Source of the DNA: Macrostomum lignano
Taxonomy: Eukaryota
Length of the DNA: 64,000 bases
NCBI GenBank assembly: GCA_002269645.1
Contig: NIVC01002016.1
Location: forward strand, 920 to 64,919
Direction: 5' to 3'
In this document: positions 1 through 11,939 of the stretch, one piece after another
Numbering within the stretch: position 1 is the first letter of the stretch
How the letters are laid out: the number at the start of each line of letters is the position of its first letter
Program-made: the position numbers and the translations under genes
Notes under the pieces: model-generated
What the model was told of the DNA's origin: nothing
Seen by the model: the letters and a program-made list of their open reading frames with translations, nothing else
Database searches by the model: none

Positions 1-1
1 G

Positions 2-397
2 GAATTGGGATTCGTGAAGAAAGTTTATAAGGCAGAATCCACAGCGCGGACTGTCACTCAAGCATCGGGGGCCGTTAGCATGGCCCGGGAAAGTGTACGC
101 GGTTTGTTCTTAGCACCCAATATAGCAGACATTGTAAAGGGTTTGAATATTCTAATCAGAAGCAATCTCAGTCTTGATTGGGTATTTAAGGGAAAGCGAA
201 CGAATATTTTGTACAACATCTCCAACTCTGTTGCTGGAGGACAGATGGTGGTAGAGAAACCAAATCCAGTGAAAAGAGTTGTATTGAGTAATAAAGAGAT
301 TCACGAGATTGTGCTACAGTTTGAGACTGAAGATGGGATGGGCGTTGATTTTAATGGGGAAGAGTTTGTATTGACGTTGATCATTGAAAGAATGTAA
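2..397 (+). CDS. Polinton/Maverick (adintovirus-like) minor capsid (penton) protein, C-terminal part; 5' end lies outside the window
   Basis: Frame is open from position 2. The translation ...NILIRSNLSLDWVFKGKRTNILYNISNSVAGGQMVVEKPNPV...IHEIVLQFETEDGMGVDFNGEEFVLTLIIE* follows the Polinton penton C-terminal pattern (I.CNL...NG....ILY.F...V..G..I.E.P......I..I.L.D..G..IDF.GE....L). Intronless and AT-rich, unlike host exons. Recognised from memory; no search was run. Confidence 0.7.
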   Translation, partial: ELGFVKKVYKAESTARTVTQASGAVSMARESVRGLFLAPNIADIVKGLNILIRSNLSLDWVFKGKRTNILYNISNSVAGGQMVVEKPNPVKRVVLSNKEIHEIVLQFETEDGMGVDFNGEEFVLTLIIERM

Positions 398-401
398 GAA
401 A

Positions 402-641
402 TCACAATTGTCTAATGATTTCTACAAAGTTATAGTAGCTGTCGTAATCTTTTACATAGGTTACTCCATACTTATGAAACCAGTGTCTTTGGAGAGCTAG
501 ATTAATATTAGGGACATTGATATCAACGTCGGGCCAATATTTTCTCATGTACTCGCTGCATTCAAGTTTGCATCGGTACTTACTCTTGTAATTAGGCTCG
601 TGCGCTTTGTAATAAGAACCTGGAGAGACAACTGGAAACAT
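402..641 (-). CDS. Small hypothetical protein (79 aa, Tyr-rich), convergent with the penton-like gene
   Basis: ATG-to-stop ORF with non-repetitive composition. Its stop is 4 bp from the penton stop (viral-style packing) and it has an AT-rich upstream tract. No family recognised. Confidence 0.45.
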   Translation of the reverse strand: MFPVVSPGSYYKAHEPNYKSKYRCKLECSEYMRKYWPDVDINVPNINLALQRHWFHKYGVTYVKDYDSYYNFVEIIRQL

Positions 642-850
642 TTTTAGAGAAAATTTAATTTTTTTTCAAAGGGTAAGGACCCTGGGTTAGGGGTTTAAAG
701 TTTTAGGGATCTGGTTTCATGTTGCGAATTGAATGTGGGGAGAAGAATGCAGATTGTTTTCTGATTGTTTCGAAGATGCTATGGGTGGATGTCAGTGGAT
801 TATGTCAGTGTCAGTGAGCATAACAGGTGTCAGTGGACCCATATTCCCAT

Positions 851-1140
851 ATTCTGTCAGTCATAATATGGATGGATTTAATGGGATTAAAGTTTTCGGA
901 TCAAGTGCAACCCCTCCCCTTTTTCAAGATTCTGTCGGGGATAATATAGATAGATTTAATGGGATTATGGAGGACGTTTTGTGAGCGAGTGCGACCCCCC
1001 TTTTTTTCTGATTCTGTCAGGGATAATATGGATGGATTTAATGGGATTATGGAGGAGGTTTTTGGAGCAGGTGCGACCCCCCTTTTTTTCTGATTCTGTC
1101 AGGGATAATATGGATGGATTTAATGGGATTATGGAGGAGG
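851..1140. repeat. About 80-bp tandem repeat x4 in the putative Polinton TIR
   Basis: ATTCTGTC(A/G)G...GGATTTAATGGGATTA units start at 851, 929, 1011 and 1093. Confidence 0.85.
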
Positions 1141-1330
1141 TGAAAAATTTTGTCCCAGAAGCCCCCTCATGACATCTACTCTTTTGTTTTACTGTGTGTT
1201 TTCCTGCTATTTAAAATCTTCTTAATTTATTTTCGAGCTGCAGTAACAAATCAGTGTAAATATGAGCAGATGAGCTGATTTCTATTGGTTATCCAGTTGG
1301 CAGGACTGAATGCCACGCTTCACAGCTGCG

Positions 1331-1652
1331 TCAGTTCGCTTCATCACCCCCATCGGTATTCACTGTTGCACAGGAAATTTTCAATTTTTGCTTCAACGCA
1401 GCAATCGCTTTTCTTTGTTTCTCTCTCTCCAAATTGTTCCGTTTTGCTTTGCTTTGCCTGTGTTTTTCTGCTTGCTTTTTTGTTGATGCTTTTTTTGCTT
1501 TTTGTTGATCGCTTTGAACTTGAAGCGGCAACGCTGCGAGAGACACGAGAGAGTCGAATCTAGTCATGACAGAGGGCCGCGACCGCAGGACTCGCTCCGC
1601 TGTCAATTTCTTTGCTCCAGCGATCGGTCCTGCGGCCTTGTGGCTCTCCGAC
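1331..1652 (-). CDS. Possible terminal exon of an unidentified Lys/Gln-rich protein gene
   Basis: Minus-strand acceptor TTTACAG at 1653, open frame SESHKAAGP...DEAN* to 1331, and AATAAA about 100 bp downstream (~1225-1230). Upstream exons unresolved. Confidence 0.35.
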
Positions 1653-2813
1653 CTGTAAATAGATACCGTACTACTGTTTTGCTTGTAGTAACAGTACACT
1701 GTGTACTTGTATTGTACCATGTAATTGAACTCGTTTTCAATATGATTTTCTTCATAATTAGTGGCGCCTTATAGGAAGTGCACGATGTACTATTTGTTGT
1801 TAAGTCTAGCATCAAGATATCTGTTTCATAAGATTGATTATATTCGTATAGATTATCAGCTTTGTTGAATGCTTTTGTTTATTTATTTCGTTTCAAAATG
1901 CTGCTTTTGATCGTTTCCTTAAACGGCACAATTTTTGGAGTCAATGGTCTCAAATTGTATAGAAAATTTGCTTACATATGCTTTGTTTAATACTTACAGT
2001 AGCGTAAACGTTTTATTTAACTGTTTCGTCAGACGCACTGTTGTAACGTGACTTCAATTTTAAGCTGAAAAATCAATAAATGAATAAACCCAGTGTTTTA
2101 TTTAGAATCTATCCCACATAGTTAATCCTTTCCCAGTTTCACATCCCATACATCTGTTTTTGATTCAAATACAAGTGTTCACTAGCTATTAAACATATAC
2201 TTATGATTGTCGATTGATTTATGCTTCAAAATTATGTACTGGTCTACTTTTGTTGATTACTTCTAAACGATACAGCCTACTTTCCATGCTTGAGTAGTAG
2301 AGAAGTGGATCGTTCTTAAATTTACCTACAAATATTGTAGTAAAATCGACCTCTGGTTTTCTTTCTTAAACAAGCAAGACTCAAACGGGCGCAGCGGGGG
2401 TATAAGAGGCCTGTCGCTTTGAAAAGTAGCCAAGCTAGCAAAGTTTGTTATCGCAAATGCACAGAGTAGAAACTTTTCTTGAGCTTGCAGCGCGGGGAAC
2501 CGTTTCACCTTGTTGGCCAATGCCGACTTGGAGACGGGGGGAGAGGAGAGGCGGAGGGGTATGCCAGACATGCAGGCTCAAGAAGCTCAAGGGCAGAGAG
2601 CCGCCGGGAGGCTTCCGCAGCTACTGTACGAAAACTTTTCTTTCTGCCCTAAGAATTTCTTCAACTCTTTCATCTGTGCACCTGCTGGCTACTAGAAGAA
2701 GCAGAAAATTGCGCTCAGGAAACGGGCGGCTTGGCGAGATCAAATCTCACCTGGAAAAGCAGAAGTTAACACGCAGCCAGCTCAGTGAAAGTAATTGTGA
2801 TTTTCTGCAACAG

Positions 2814-5800
2814 CGATCCGAATGGAAGACGACGGCGAGGAGCCTCTGAGCGACGGCTCCAGCGATGACAGAGGCTCGGAGCGGGAGGGGGAGCTGCCAC
2901 AGAATGGCTTGCGGACTAATGAGGCAGACAGGTGCGCCATTCTGTACGATAAGCAGAACCAGGTGAGTGACATTGACTATAAGTAGAAATTATGGATTGC
3001 TAATCTAGCTAACAGGCAGAGGAACAGACTGGATTGCTAATCTAGCTAACAGGCAGAGGAATAGAGTGGATTGCTAATCTAGCTAACAGGCAGAGGAATA
3101 AATGGATTGCTAATCTAGCTAACAGGCAGAGGAATAAATGAATTGCTAATCTAGCTAACAGGCAGAGGAATAAATGGATTGCTAATCTAGCTAACAGGCA
3201 GAGGAATAAATGGATTGCTAATCTAGCTAACAGGCAGAGGAACAGACTGGATTGCTTATCTAGCTAACATCTAGCTAACAGGCAGAGGAATAAATGGATT
3301 GCTAATCTAGCTAACAGGCAGAGGAACAGACTGGATTGCTTATCTAGCTAACATCCAGCTAACAGGCAGAGGAACAGAATGGATTGCTAATCTAGCTAAC
3401 ATCTAGCTAACAGGCAGAGGAACAGAATGGATTGCTAATCTAGCTAACAGGCAGATAACAGAGTGGATTGCTAATTTAGCCAGCAGGCAGAGGAGAACAG
3501 AATGGATTGCTAATCTAGCTAACAGGCAGAGGAATAAATGGATTGCTAATCTAGCTAACAGGCAGAGGAATAAATGGATTGCTAATCTAGCTAACAGGCA
3601 GAGGAACAGACTGGATTGCTAATCTAGTCAGCAGGCAGAGGAACAGAGTGGATTGCTAATCTAGTCAGCAGGCAGAGGAGAACAGAGTGGATTGCTAATC
3701 TAGCTAACAGGCAAAGGAGAACAGAGTGGATTGCTAATCTAGCCAGCAGGCAGAGGAGAACAGAGTGGATTGCTAATCTAGCTAACAGGCAAAGGAGAAC
3801 AGAGTGGATTGCTAATCTAGCCAGCAGGCAGAGGAGAACAGAGTGGATTGCTAATCTAGCTAACAGGCAGAGGAATAGAGTGGATTGCTAATCTAGCTAA
3901 CAGGCAAAGGAGAACAGAGTGGATTGCTAATCTAGCTAACAGGCAGATAACAGAGTGGATTGCTAATCTAGCTAACAGGCAAAGGAGAACAGAGTGGATT
4001 GCTAATCTAGCCAGCAGGCAGAGGAGAACAGAGTGGATTGCTAATCTAGCTAACAGGCAAAGGAGAACAGAGTGGATTGCTAATCTAGCCAGCAGGCAAA
4101 GGAGAACAGAGTGGATTGCTAATCTAGCTAACAGGCAAAGGAGAACAGAGTGGATTGCTAATCTAGCTAACAGGCAAAGGAGAACAGAGTGGATTGCTAA
4201 TCTAGCCAGCAGGCAGAGGAGAACAGAGTGGATTGCTAATCTAGCTAACAGGCAAAGGAGAACAGAGTGGATTGCTAATCTAGCTAACAGGCAGATAACA
4301 GAGTGGATTGCTAATCTAGCTAACAGGCATAGGAGAACAGAGTGGATTGCTAATCTAGCTAACAGGCAAAGGAGAACAGAGTGGATTGCTAATCTAGCTA
4401 ACAGGCAGAGGAATAGAGTGGATTGCTAATCTAGCTAACAGGCAAAGGAGAACAGAGTGGATTGCTAATCTAGCTAACAGGCAAAGGAGAACAGAGTGGA
4501 TTGCTAATCTAGCTAACAGGCAGATAACAGAGTGGATTGCTAATCTAGCTAACAGGCAAAGGAGAACAGAGTGGATTGCTAATCTAGTCAGCAGGCAGAG
4601 GAACAGAGTGGATTGCTAATCTAGTCAGCAGGCAGAGGAACAGAGTGGATTGCTAATCTAGTCAGCAGGCAGAGGAACAGAGTGGATTGCTAATCTAGTC
4701 AGCAGGCAGAGAACAGAGTGGATTGCTAATCTAACTAACAGGCAAAGGAGAACAGAGTGGATTGCTAATCTAGCCAGCAGACAGAGGAGAACAGAGTGGA
4801 TTGCTAATCTAGCTAACAGGCAAAGGAGAACAGAGTGGATTGCTAATCTAGCCAGCAGGCAGAGGAGAACAGAGTGGATTGCTAATCTAGCTAACAGGCA
4901 GATAACAGAGTGGATTGCTAATCTAGCTAACAGGCAAAGGAGAACAGAGTGGATTGCTAATCTAGTCAGCAGGCAGAGGAACAGAGTGGATTGCTAATCT
5001 AGTCAGCAGGCAGAGGAACAGAGTGGATTGCTAATCTAGTCAGCAGGCAGAGGAACAGAGTGGATTGCTAATCTAGTCAGCAGGCAGAGAACAGAGTGGA
5101 TTGCTAATCCAGCTAACAGGCAAAGGAGAACAGAGTGGATTGCTAATCTAGCCAGCAGGCAGAGGAGAGCAGAGTGGATTGCTAATCTAGCTAACAGGCA
5201 AAGGAGAACAGAGTGGATTGCTAATCTAGCCAGCAGGCAGAGAAGAACAGAGTGGATTGCTAATCTAGCCAGCAGGCAGAGATAAACAGAGTGGATTGCT
5301 AATCTAGCCAGCAGGCAGAGAAGAACAGAATGGATTGCTAATCTAGCCAACAGGCAAAGGAGAACAGAGTGGATTGCTAATCTAGCCAGCAGGCAGAGAA
5401 GAACAGAGTGGATTGCCAATCTAGCCAGCAGGCAGAGAAGAACAGAGTGGATTGCTAATCTAGCTTACAGGCAGAGGAATAGAGTGGATTGCTAATCTAG
5501 CTAACAGGCAAAGGAGAACAGAGTGGATTGCTAATCTAGCTAACAGGCAGATAACAGAGTGGATTGCTAATCTAGCTAACAGGCAAAGGAGAACAGAGTA
5601 GATTGCTAATCTAGCCAGCAGGCAGAGAAGAACAGAGTGGATTGCTAATCTAGCTAACAGGCAAAGGAGAACAGAGTGGATTGCTAATCTAGCTAACAGG
5701 CAGAGGAACAGAGTGGATTGCTAATCTAGCCAGCAGGCAGAGGAGAACAGAGTGGATTGCTAATCTAGCTAACAGGCAAAGGAGAACAGAGTGGATTGCT

Positions 5801-8176
5801 AATCTAGCTAACAGGCAGATAACAGAGTGGATTGCTAATCTAGCTAACAGGCAAAGGAGAACAGAGTGGATTGCTAATCTAGCCAGCAGGCAGAGGAGAG
5901 CAGAGTAGATTGCTAATCTAGCTAACAGGCAAAGGAGAACAGAGTGGATTGCTAATCTAGCCAGCAGGCAGAGGAGAACAGAGTGGATTGCTAATCTAGC
6001 TAACAGGCAAAGGAGAACAGAGTGGATTGCTAATCTAGCTAACAGGCAGATAACAGAGTGGATTGCTAATCTAGCTAACAGGCAAAGGAGAACAGAGTGG
6101 GTTGCTAATCTAGCTAACAGGCAAAGGAGAACAGAGTGGATTGCTAATCTAGCTAACAGGCAAAGGAGAACAGAGTGGATTGCTAATCTAGCTAACAGGC
6201 AGAGGAATAGAGTGGATTGCTAATCTAGCTAACAGGCAGAGGAGAACAGAGTGGATTGCTAATCTAGCTAACAGGCAGATAACAGAGTGGATTGCTAATT
6301 TAGCCAGCAGGCAGAGGAGAACAGAATGGATTGCTAATCTAGCTAACAGGCAAAGGAGAACAGAGTGGATTGCTAATCTAGCTAACAGGCAGATAACAGA
6401 GTGGATTGCTAATTTAGCCAGCAGGCAGAGGAGAACAGAATGGATTGCTAATCTAGCCAACAGGCAAAGGAGAACAGAGTGGATTGCTAATCTAGCCAGC
6501 AGGCAGAGAAGAACAGAATGGATTGCTAATCTAGCTAACAGGCAAAGGAGAACAGAGTAGATTGCTAATCTAGCCAGCAGGCAGAGAAGAACAGAGTGGA
6601 TTGCTAATCTAGCCAACAGGCAGAGAAGAACAGAGTGGATTGCTAATCTAGCCAGCAGGCAGAGGAGAACAGAGTGGATTGCTAATCTAGCTAACAGGCA
6701 AAGGAGAACAGAGTGGATTGCTAATCTAGCCAGCAGGCAGAGGAGAACAGAGTGGATTGCTAATCTAGCTAACAGGCAAAGGAGAACAGAGTGGATTGCT
6801 AATCTAGCTAACAGGCAAAGGAGAACAGAGTGGATTGCTAATCTAGCTAACAGGCAGAGGAACAGAGTGGATTGCTAATCTAGCTAACAGGCAAAGGAGA
6901 ACAGAGTGGATTGCTAATCTAGCCAGCAGGCAGAGGAGAACAGAGTGGATTGCTAATCTAGCTAACAGGCAAAGGAGAACAGAGTGGATTACTAATCTAG
7001 CTAACAGGCAGATAACAGAGTGGATTGCTAATCTAGCTAACAGGCAAAGGAGAACAGAGTGGATTGCTAATCTAGCTAACAGGCAAAGGAGAACAGAGTG
7101 GATTGCTAATCTAGCCAGCAGGCAGAGGAAAACAGAGTGGATTGCTAATCTAGCTAACAGGCAGAGGAATAGAGTGGATTGCTAATCTAGCTAACAGGCA
7201 AAGGAGAACAGAGTGGATTGCTAATCTAGCTAACAGGCAAAGGAGAACAGAGTGGATTGCTAATCTAGTCAGCAGGCAGAGGAACAGAGTGGATTGCTAA
7301 TCTAGTCAGCAGGCAGAGAACAGAGTGGATTGCTAATCTAGCTAACAGGCAAAGGAGAACAGAGTGGATTGCTAATCTAGCCAGCAGGCAGAGGAGAGCA
7401 GAGTGGATTGCTAATCTAGCTAACAGGCAAAGGAGAACAGAGTGGATTGCTAATCTAGCCAGCAGGCAGAGGAGAACAGAGTGGATTGCTAATCTAGCTA
7501 ACAGGCAAAGGAGAACAGAGTGGATTGCTAATCTAGCCAGCAGGCAGAGGAGAACAGAGTGGATTGCTAATCTAGCTAACAGGCAAAGGAGAACAGAGTG
7601 GATTGCTAATCTAGCTAACAGGCAAAGGAGAACAGAGTGGATTGCTAATCTAGTCAGCAGGCAGAGGAGAACAGGCAACGCCAGACACACCCTGCGCTAC
7701 GCATGCTCCTACCATAGCGCATTCTCGAAGGCAAGCTGGACCCTCGCGGCCAACCGGGCGACCGCCTCGCCAGCCTCTGCCTGAGCAGGCCGGCTTTTGT
7801 AGTCCGGTCCCTCCGAGAAGTCCTGGAGCCCGGCGAGCTCAGCACGGCCTGGCGCAGCTCCAAGGGCAAGGAGGCCTCCTTCAGCTGCTACAACAGAAAC
7901 GTGCTGGTCGGCGTCAAGCGGCTGCAGCTCGGCGGGGTGACGGCCCGCAGCGAGGACGTTCGGCTGTATTCGGTTGGCGAGGACCCGGGCTCCCTGACAG
8001 AGCGCGATAGCCCGGCGGGCTACCATGAGGCCTATTTCACCCGGGCCGACTTCGAGGACGATGAGGAGCAGCACGAGCTGGCCAGGGCCGCGGTGGCGAT
8101 GGCAGCGAAGGAGGCGACGTCCATGCGAGGTCAGCGGCAGCCGTCGAGTTCCGTTATCACGGCGAAGCGGACTTGA
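2814..8176 (+). CDS. Unidentified spliced gene: exons 2814-2962 and 7718-8176 (stop), separated by a 4755-bp satellite intron
   Basis: Acceptor TTTTCTGCAACAG; exon encodes IRMEDDGEEPLSD...ILYDKQNQ; donor GTGAGT (phase 0) joins acceptor CCTACCATAG to RILEGKLDPRG...AKRT* with strongly GC3-biased codons. 5' end unresolved (ATG at 2822 or further exons in 2450-2790). Confidence 0.55.
2993..7674 (+). repeat. Minisatellite, 36-39-bp unit, about 120 copies
   Basis: Unit TGGATTGCTAATCTAGCTAACAGGCA(G/A)AGGA(GA)ACAGAG with variants. Confidence 0.97.
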
Positions 8177-8979
8177 CAATCCAACCGCTCTACTTTTAGT
8201 AGAGGGTCGAAAGCATTTTCTAAGCGCATTATTGTATTAACATGAAAATTTCTAATCATTTCGGCTGCGACTAGAGGCTCTACTCTAAGTAGCATCTTGT
8301 GCTCATGTGTTTATAGTATGAAAAATTGCAATTGCTAAGGCAAATCTGCATTCATTGTTGTTTCTATTTATTTTCATAGCACTCTTTTAAACACCTTTGC
8401 GATTCGCTGCGTTCAGACTAAAAGCGGGAAATTTTTTCTCCGCCTGTGCTGAGCTGATCAATAATTAATTCGGTTATTGATGGCGTCTGAGTGGAGACTG
8501 TGCTGACGAATGCAATGCAGGATGCTGGGCTCAGGCCCTATCACAGCCTCCATCCGTGATCGAAATCAATCAGCTCTAATCAAAGAAAGATGGAGAGAGC
8601 GGGCGGGATATGGCGGGCCACGCAGCTGCAACTTGGGGGGGATAACGGCCGGCCTCAATATGGGATTCAGAAAAGAAGGGCCGGCCCCGCGAGCACATCG
8701 AGGGAAGTGGGTGTAGAGACACGCGGGAACAGCGGATTCGGGATAATTATCCTCAGCGTATCGATTCGACAGGCATCGATCCTCTGCTGTCCCCTCCCTG
8801 AGCTCTGCTCTGCATGGCGACTGGACCGGCCGATAATGACGGCGAGGCCTCTGGCATCATCAAAGGTGCTCTCTCTCTCTCTGCCCCTCCATCTCAGCTG
8901 CTTTGATCAGCTGTCTCCCCTAAAATGAGGCTGTTCCTATGTATATTCTTGTAAATCTATCGTACCGACCATGCTCATT

Positions 8980-9395
8980 ACGATACAATACATATCGGTA
9001 GTTACAATCAAGTTTTAAACTATTTGGCTCTCCAAATCTCTACCCTATTCTCTCTGTTTAGTGATGTTTAATAAGATACATATCGGTAGTTATAATCGAG
9101 TTTTGGACCATTTCCCTTTCACAATCTCTACCCCATTTTCTCTTTAGTGTTGTTTATTACGATACATATCGGTAGTTACAATAGAGTTTTGGACTATTTG
9201 GCTCTCTTAATCTCTACCCGATTCTCACTTCAGTGATGTTGATTACGATACATATCGGTAGATACAATAGAGTTTAGGACTATTTGGCTCTCCTAATCTC
9301 TACCCGATTCTCTCTCTCTTGTGATGTTTTTACGATACATATCGGTAGTTATAATCAATTCTTAGACCGTTCCCTTTCCTAATCTCTCCCCGAGT
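8980..9395. repeat. Diverged ~86-bp tandem repeat, about 5 copies
   Basis: Conserved core GATACATATCGGTAG recurs every 85-89 bp, followed by ...AATCTCTACCC. Confidence 0.85.
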
Positions 9396-9892
9396 CTTTC
9401 CTAATTTAAATTTCGGGTAGATTCAGAAATCCAGCTTTGTCCTTCACCCTGTGTGAGCGTTGAAATGCTTGCTGAACAGAGCCTGCCCCCTGCCGCTAAC
9501 CAAGCTGCCCAAGGAAATCTATTCATCTAAATTCAACCGAGACCAAACGGCATTACCTACTTAGCCTTGCGGCCGGAATTTTCTGGCTGCCGCATCGCAT
9601 CGGTATGCAAATTTTTATCCCATTTAAGGTGTCAGCTTTTGACGAATCGAAAACCGCTCCTAAGACGATGAGCTGAATTTTCCTTCCCGCTCCCAGTGTG
9701 CCTCGATACCAGATACTTAATCCCATAATTCGCCAGCTTTCAGTTGTTGATTGCATCGGCTGAAATTCCGGACAGCTGTCCGACTGTCCGCCTGTCCCTT
9801 CCCCGTCATATCAAAGAGTTGAAAATCTGCTGGGTTGACGCAAAATGCCTGCTGCAACAGATCCTGCAGCTGTGTGCATTGACAGCTAGGAC

Positions 9893-11390
9893 TGTCTCTG
9901 CTCTGTCCCCTGCTGTCTGTCCTCTGTCCCCTGCTGTCTGTCCTCTATCCCCTGCTGTCTGTCCTCTGTCCCCTGCTGTCTGTCCTCTGTCCCCTGCTGT
10001 CTGTCCTCTGTCCCCTGCTGTCTGTCCTCTGTCCCCTGCTGTCTGTCCTCTGTCCCCTGCTGTCTGTCCTCTGTCCCCTGCTGTCTGTCCTCTGTCCCCT
10101 GCTGTCTGTCCTCTGTCCCCTGCTGTCTGTGTCTTCTGCTGTCTCTGTCCCCTGCTGTCTCTGTCCCCTGCTGTCTCTGTCCCCTGTCTGCTGTCCCCTC
10201 TGTCTCCCTCTGTCCCCTGCTGTCTCTCTCTGTCCCCTGCTGTCTGTCCTCTGTCCCCTGCTGTCTGTACTCTGTCCCCTGCTGTCTGTCCTCTGTCCCC
10301 TGCTGTCTGTCCTCTGTCCCCTGCTGTCTGTCCTCTGTCCCCTGCTGTCTGTCCTCTGTCCCCTGCTGTCTGTCCTCTGTCCCCTGCTGTCTGTCCTCTG
10401 TCCCCTGCTGTCTGTCCTCTGTCCCCTGCTGTCTGTGTCTTCTGCTGTCTCTGTCCCCTGCTGTCTCTGTCCCCTGCTGTCTCTGTCCCTGCTGTCTGCC
10501 CTCTGTCCCCTGCTGTCTCTCCTCTGTCCCCTGCTGTCTCTCTTCTGTCCCCTGCTGTCTGTCCTCTGTCCCCTGCTGTCTGTCCTCTGTCCCCTGCTGT
10601 CTCTCTTCTGTCCCCTGCTGTCTGTCCTCTGTCCCCTGCTGTCTGTCCTCTGTCCCCTGCTGTCTGTCCTCTGTCCCCTGCTGTCTGTCCTCTGTCCCCT
10701 GCTGTCTGTCCTCTGTCCCCTGCTGTCTGTCCTCTGTCCCCTGCTGTCTGTGTCTTCTGCTGTCTCTGTCCCCTGCTGTCTCTGTCCCCTGCTGTCTCTG
10801 TCCCTGCTGTCTGCCCTCTGTCCCCTGCTGTCTCTCCTCTGTCCCCTGCTGTCTCTCTTCTGTCCCCTGCTGTCTGTCCTCTGTCCCCTGCTGTCTCTGT
10901 CCCCTGCTGTCTCTGTCCCCTGCTGTCTCTGTCCCCTGCTGTCTCTGTCCCTGCTGTCTGCCCTCTGTCCCCTGCTGTCTCTCTTCTGTCCCCTGCTGTC
11001 TCTCCTCTGTCCCCTGCTGTCTCTGCCCCTGCTGTCTCTGCCCCTGCTGTCTCTGCCCCTGCTGTCTGTCCTCTGTCCCCTGCTGTCTCTCCTCTGTCCC
11101 CTGCTGTCTGTCCTCTGTCCCCTGCTGTCTCTGCCCCTGCTGTCTCTCCTCTGTCCCCTGCTGTCTCTCTTCTGTCCCCTGCTGTCTCTGTCCCCTGCTG
11201 TCTCTGTCCCCTGCTGTCTCTCCTCTGTCCCCTGCTGTCTCTGTCCCCTGCTGTCTCTGTCCCCTGCTGTCTCTGTCCCCTGCTGTCTCTGTCCCCTGCT
11301 GTCTCTGTCCCCTGATGTCTCTCCTCTGTCCCCTGCTGTCTCTGCCCCTGCTGTCTCTGCCCCTGCTGTCTCGCCTCTGTCCCCTGCTGT
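9893..11390. repeat. 21-bp pyrimidine-rich minisatellite
   Basis: CTGTCCCCTGCTGTCTGTCCT and truncated variants. Confidence 0.97.
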
Positions 11391-11939
11391 TTTAAGCAAA
11401 GCGGAATCCATTTAATCGAATTGTAACTCCATTACACAATGTATTTTATCAACAAAACTAAATACCGTCTGTAACACAGTCTGTAACACGGTAAGAGATA
11501 AACCGCAAAGAGGAACGAAATCTGACAAAGATATTTGCGAGAAAATAATTAGAAAAAATAATCGAAAATGATTAGTCAGGTTCAGCGGCAACAGAGAATG
11601 GCGGCCCAACAGAGGATACAGTGCTGTGAACTACTAGCGCTATTCACTCTCACTCCGACACAGTCACTCACAGCTCTCTAGATTGCCAACTCGCCCACTT
11701 TGCCACATGAATAAATAATTTATTGTCAATCAACCTCTAAGCTCTCACCTCTCCTATATCCAGCTTCCCCATGCGCCTTCCACTCCGCCAGCACTTCATT
11801 TTGCTTCAGAGAGAAAAAATGAGTTAGAGAAGGGGAGAGAAGTTCAGCTTGACTGACTTTGACGCAGAGAGGGAGTGAACTGCTGAAAAAATCTGCCAGA
11901 ATTCCGTCCACGCGAGGGTTATAAAGCCTCTCCACTTAC

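Larger units (their letters stand above)
1..1182. mobile_element. Probable terminal segment of a Polinton/Maverick element
   Basis: Penton-like gene, then about 500 bp non-coding with subterminal tandem repeats, ending ...GACATCTACTCT at 1171-1182. The reverse complement AGAGTAGATGTC matches the 5'-AG/AGT-type Polinton terminus. The partner TIR is not in the window. Confidence 0.55.

Noticed and set aside
680-700. Telomere-like GGGTTAGGG
   Set aside because: Only about 1.5 units; expected by chance.
2785-2813. Ultra-short 23-29-bp intron linking ORF 2445-2790 to the exon at 2814
   Set aside because: Phase-compatible, but alternatives (a 49-bp intron from 2765, or an ATG at 2822) fit equally well. 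Undecidable without RNA.
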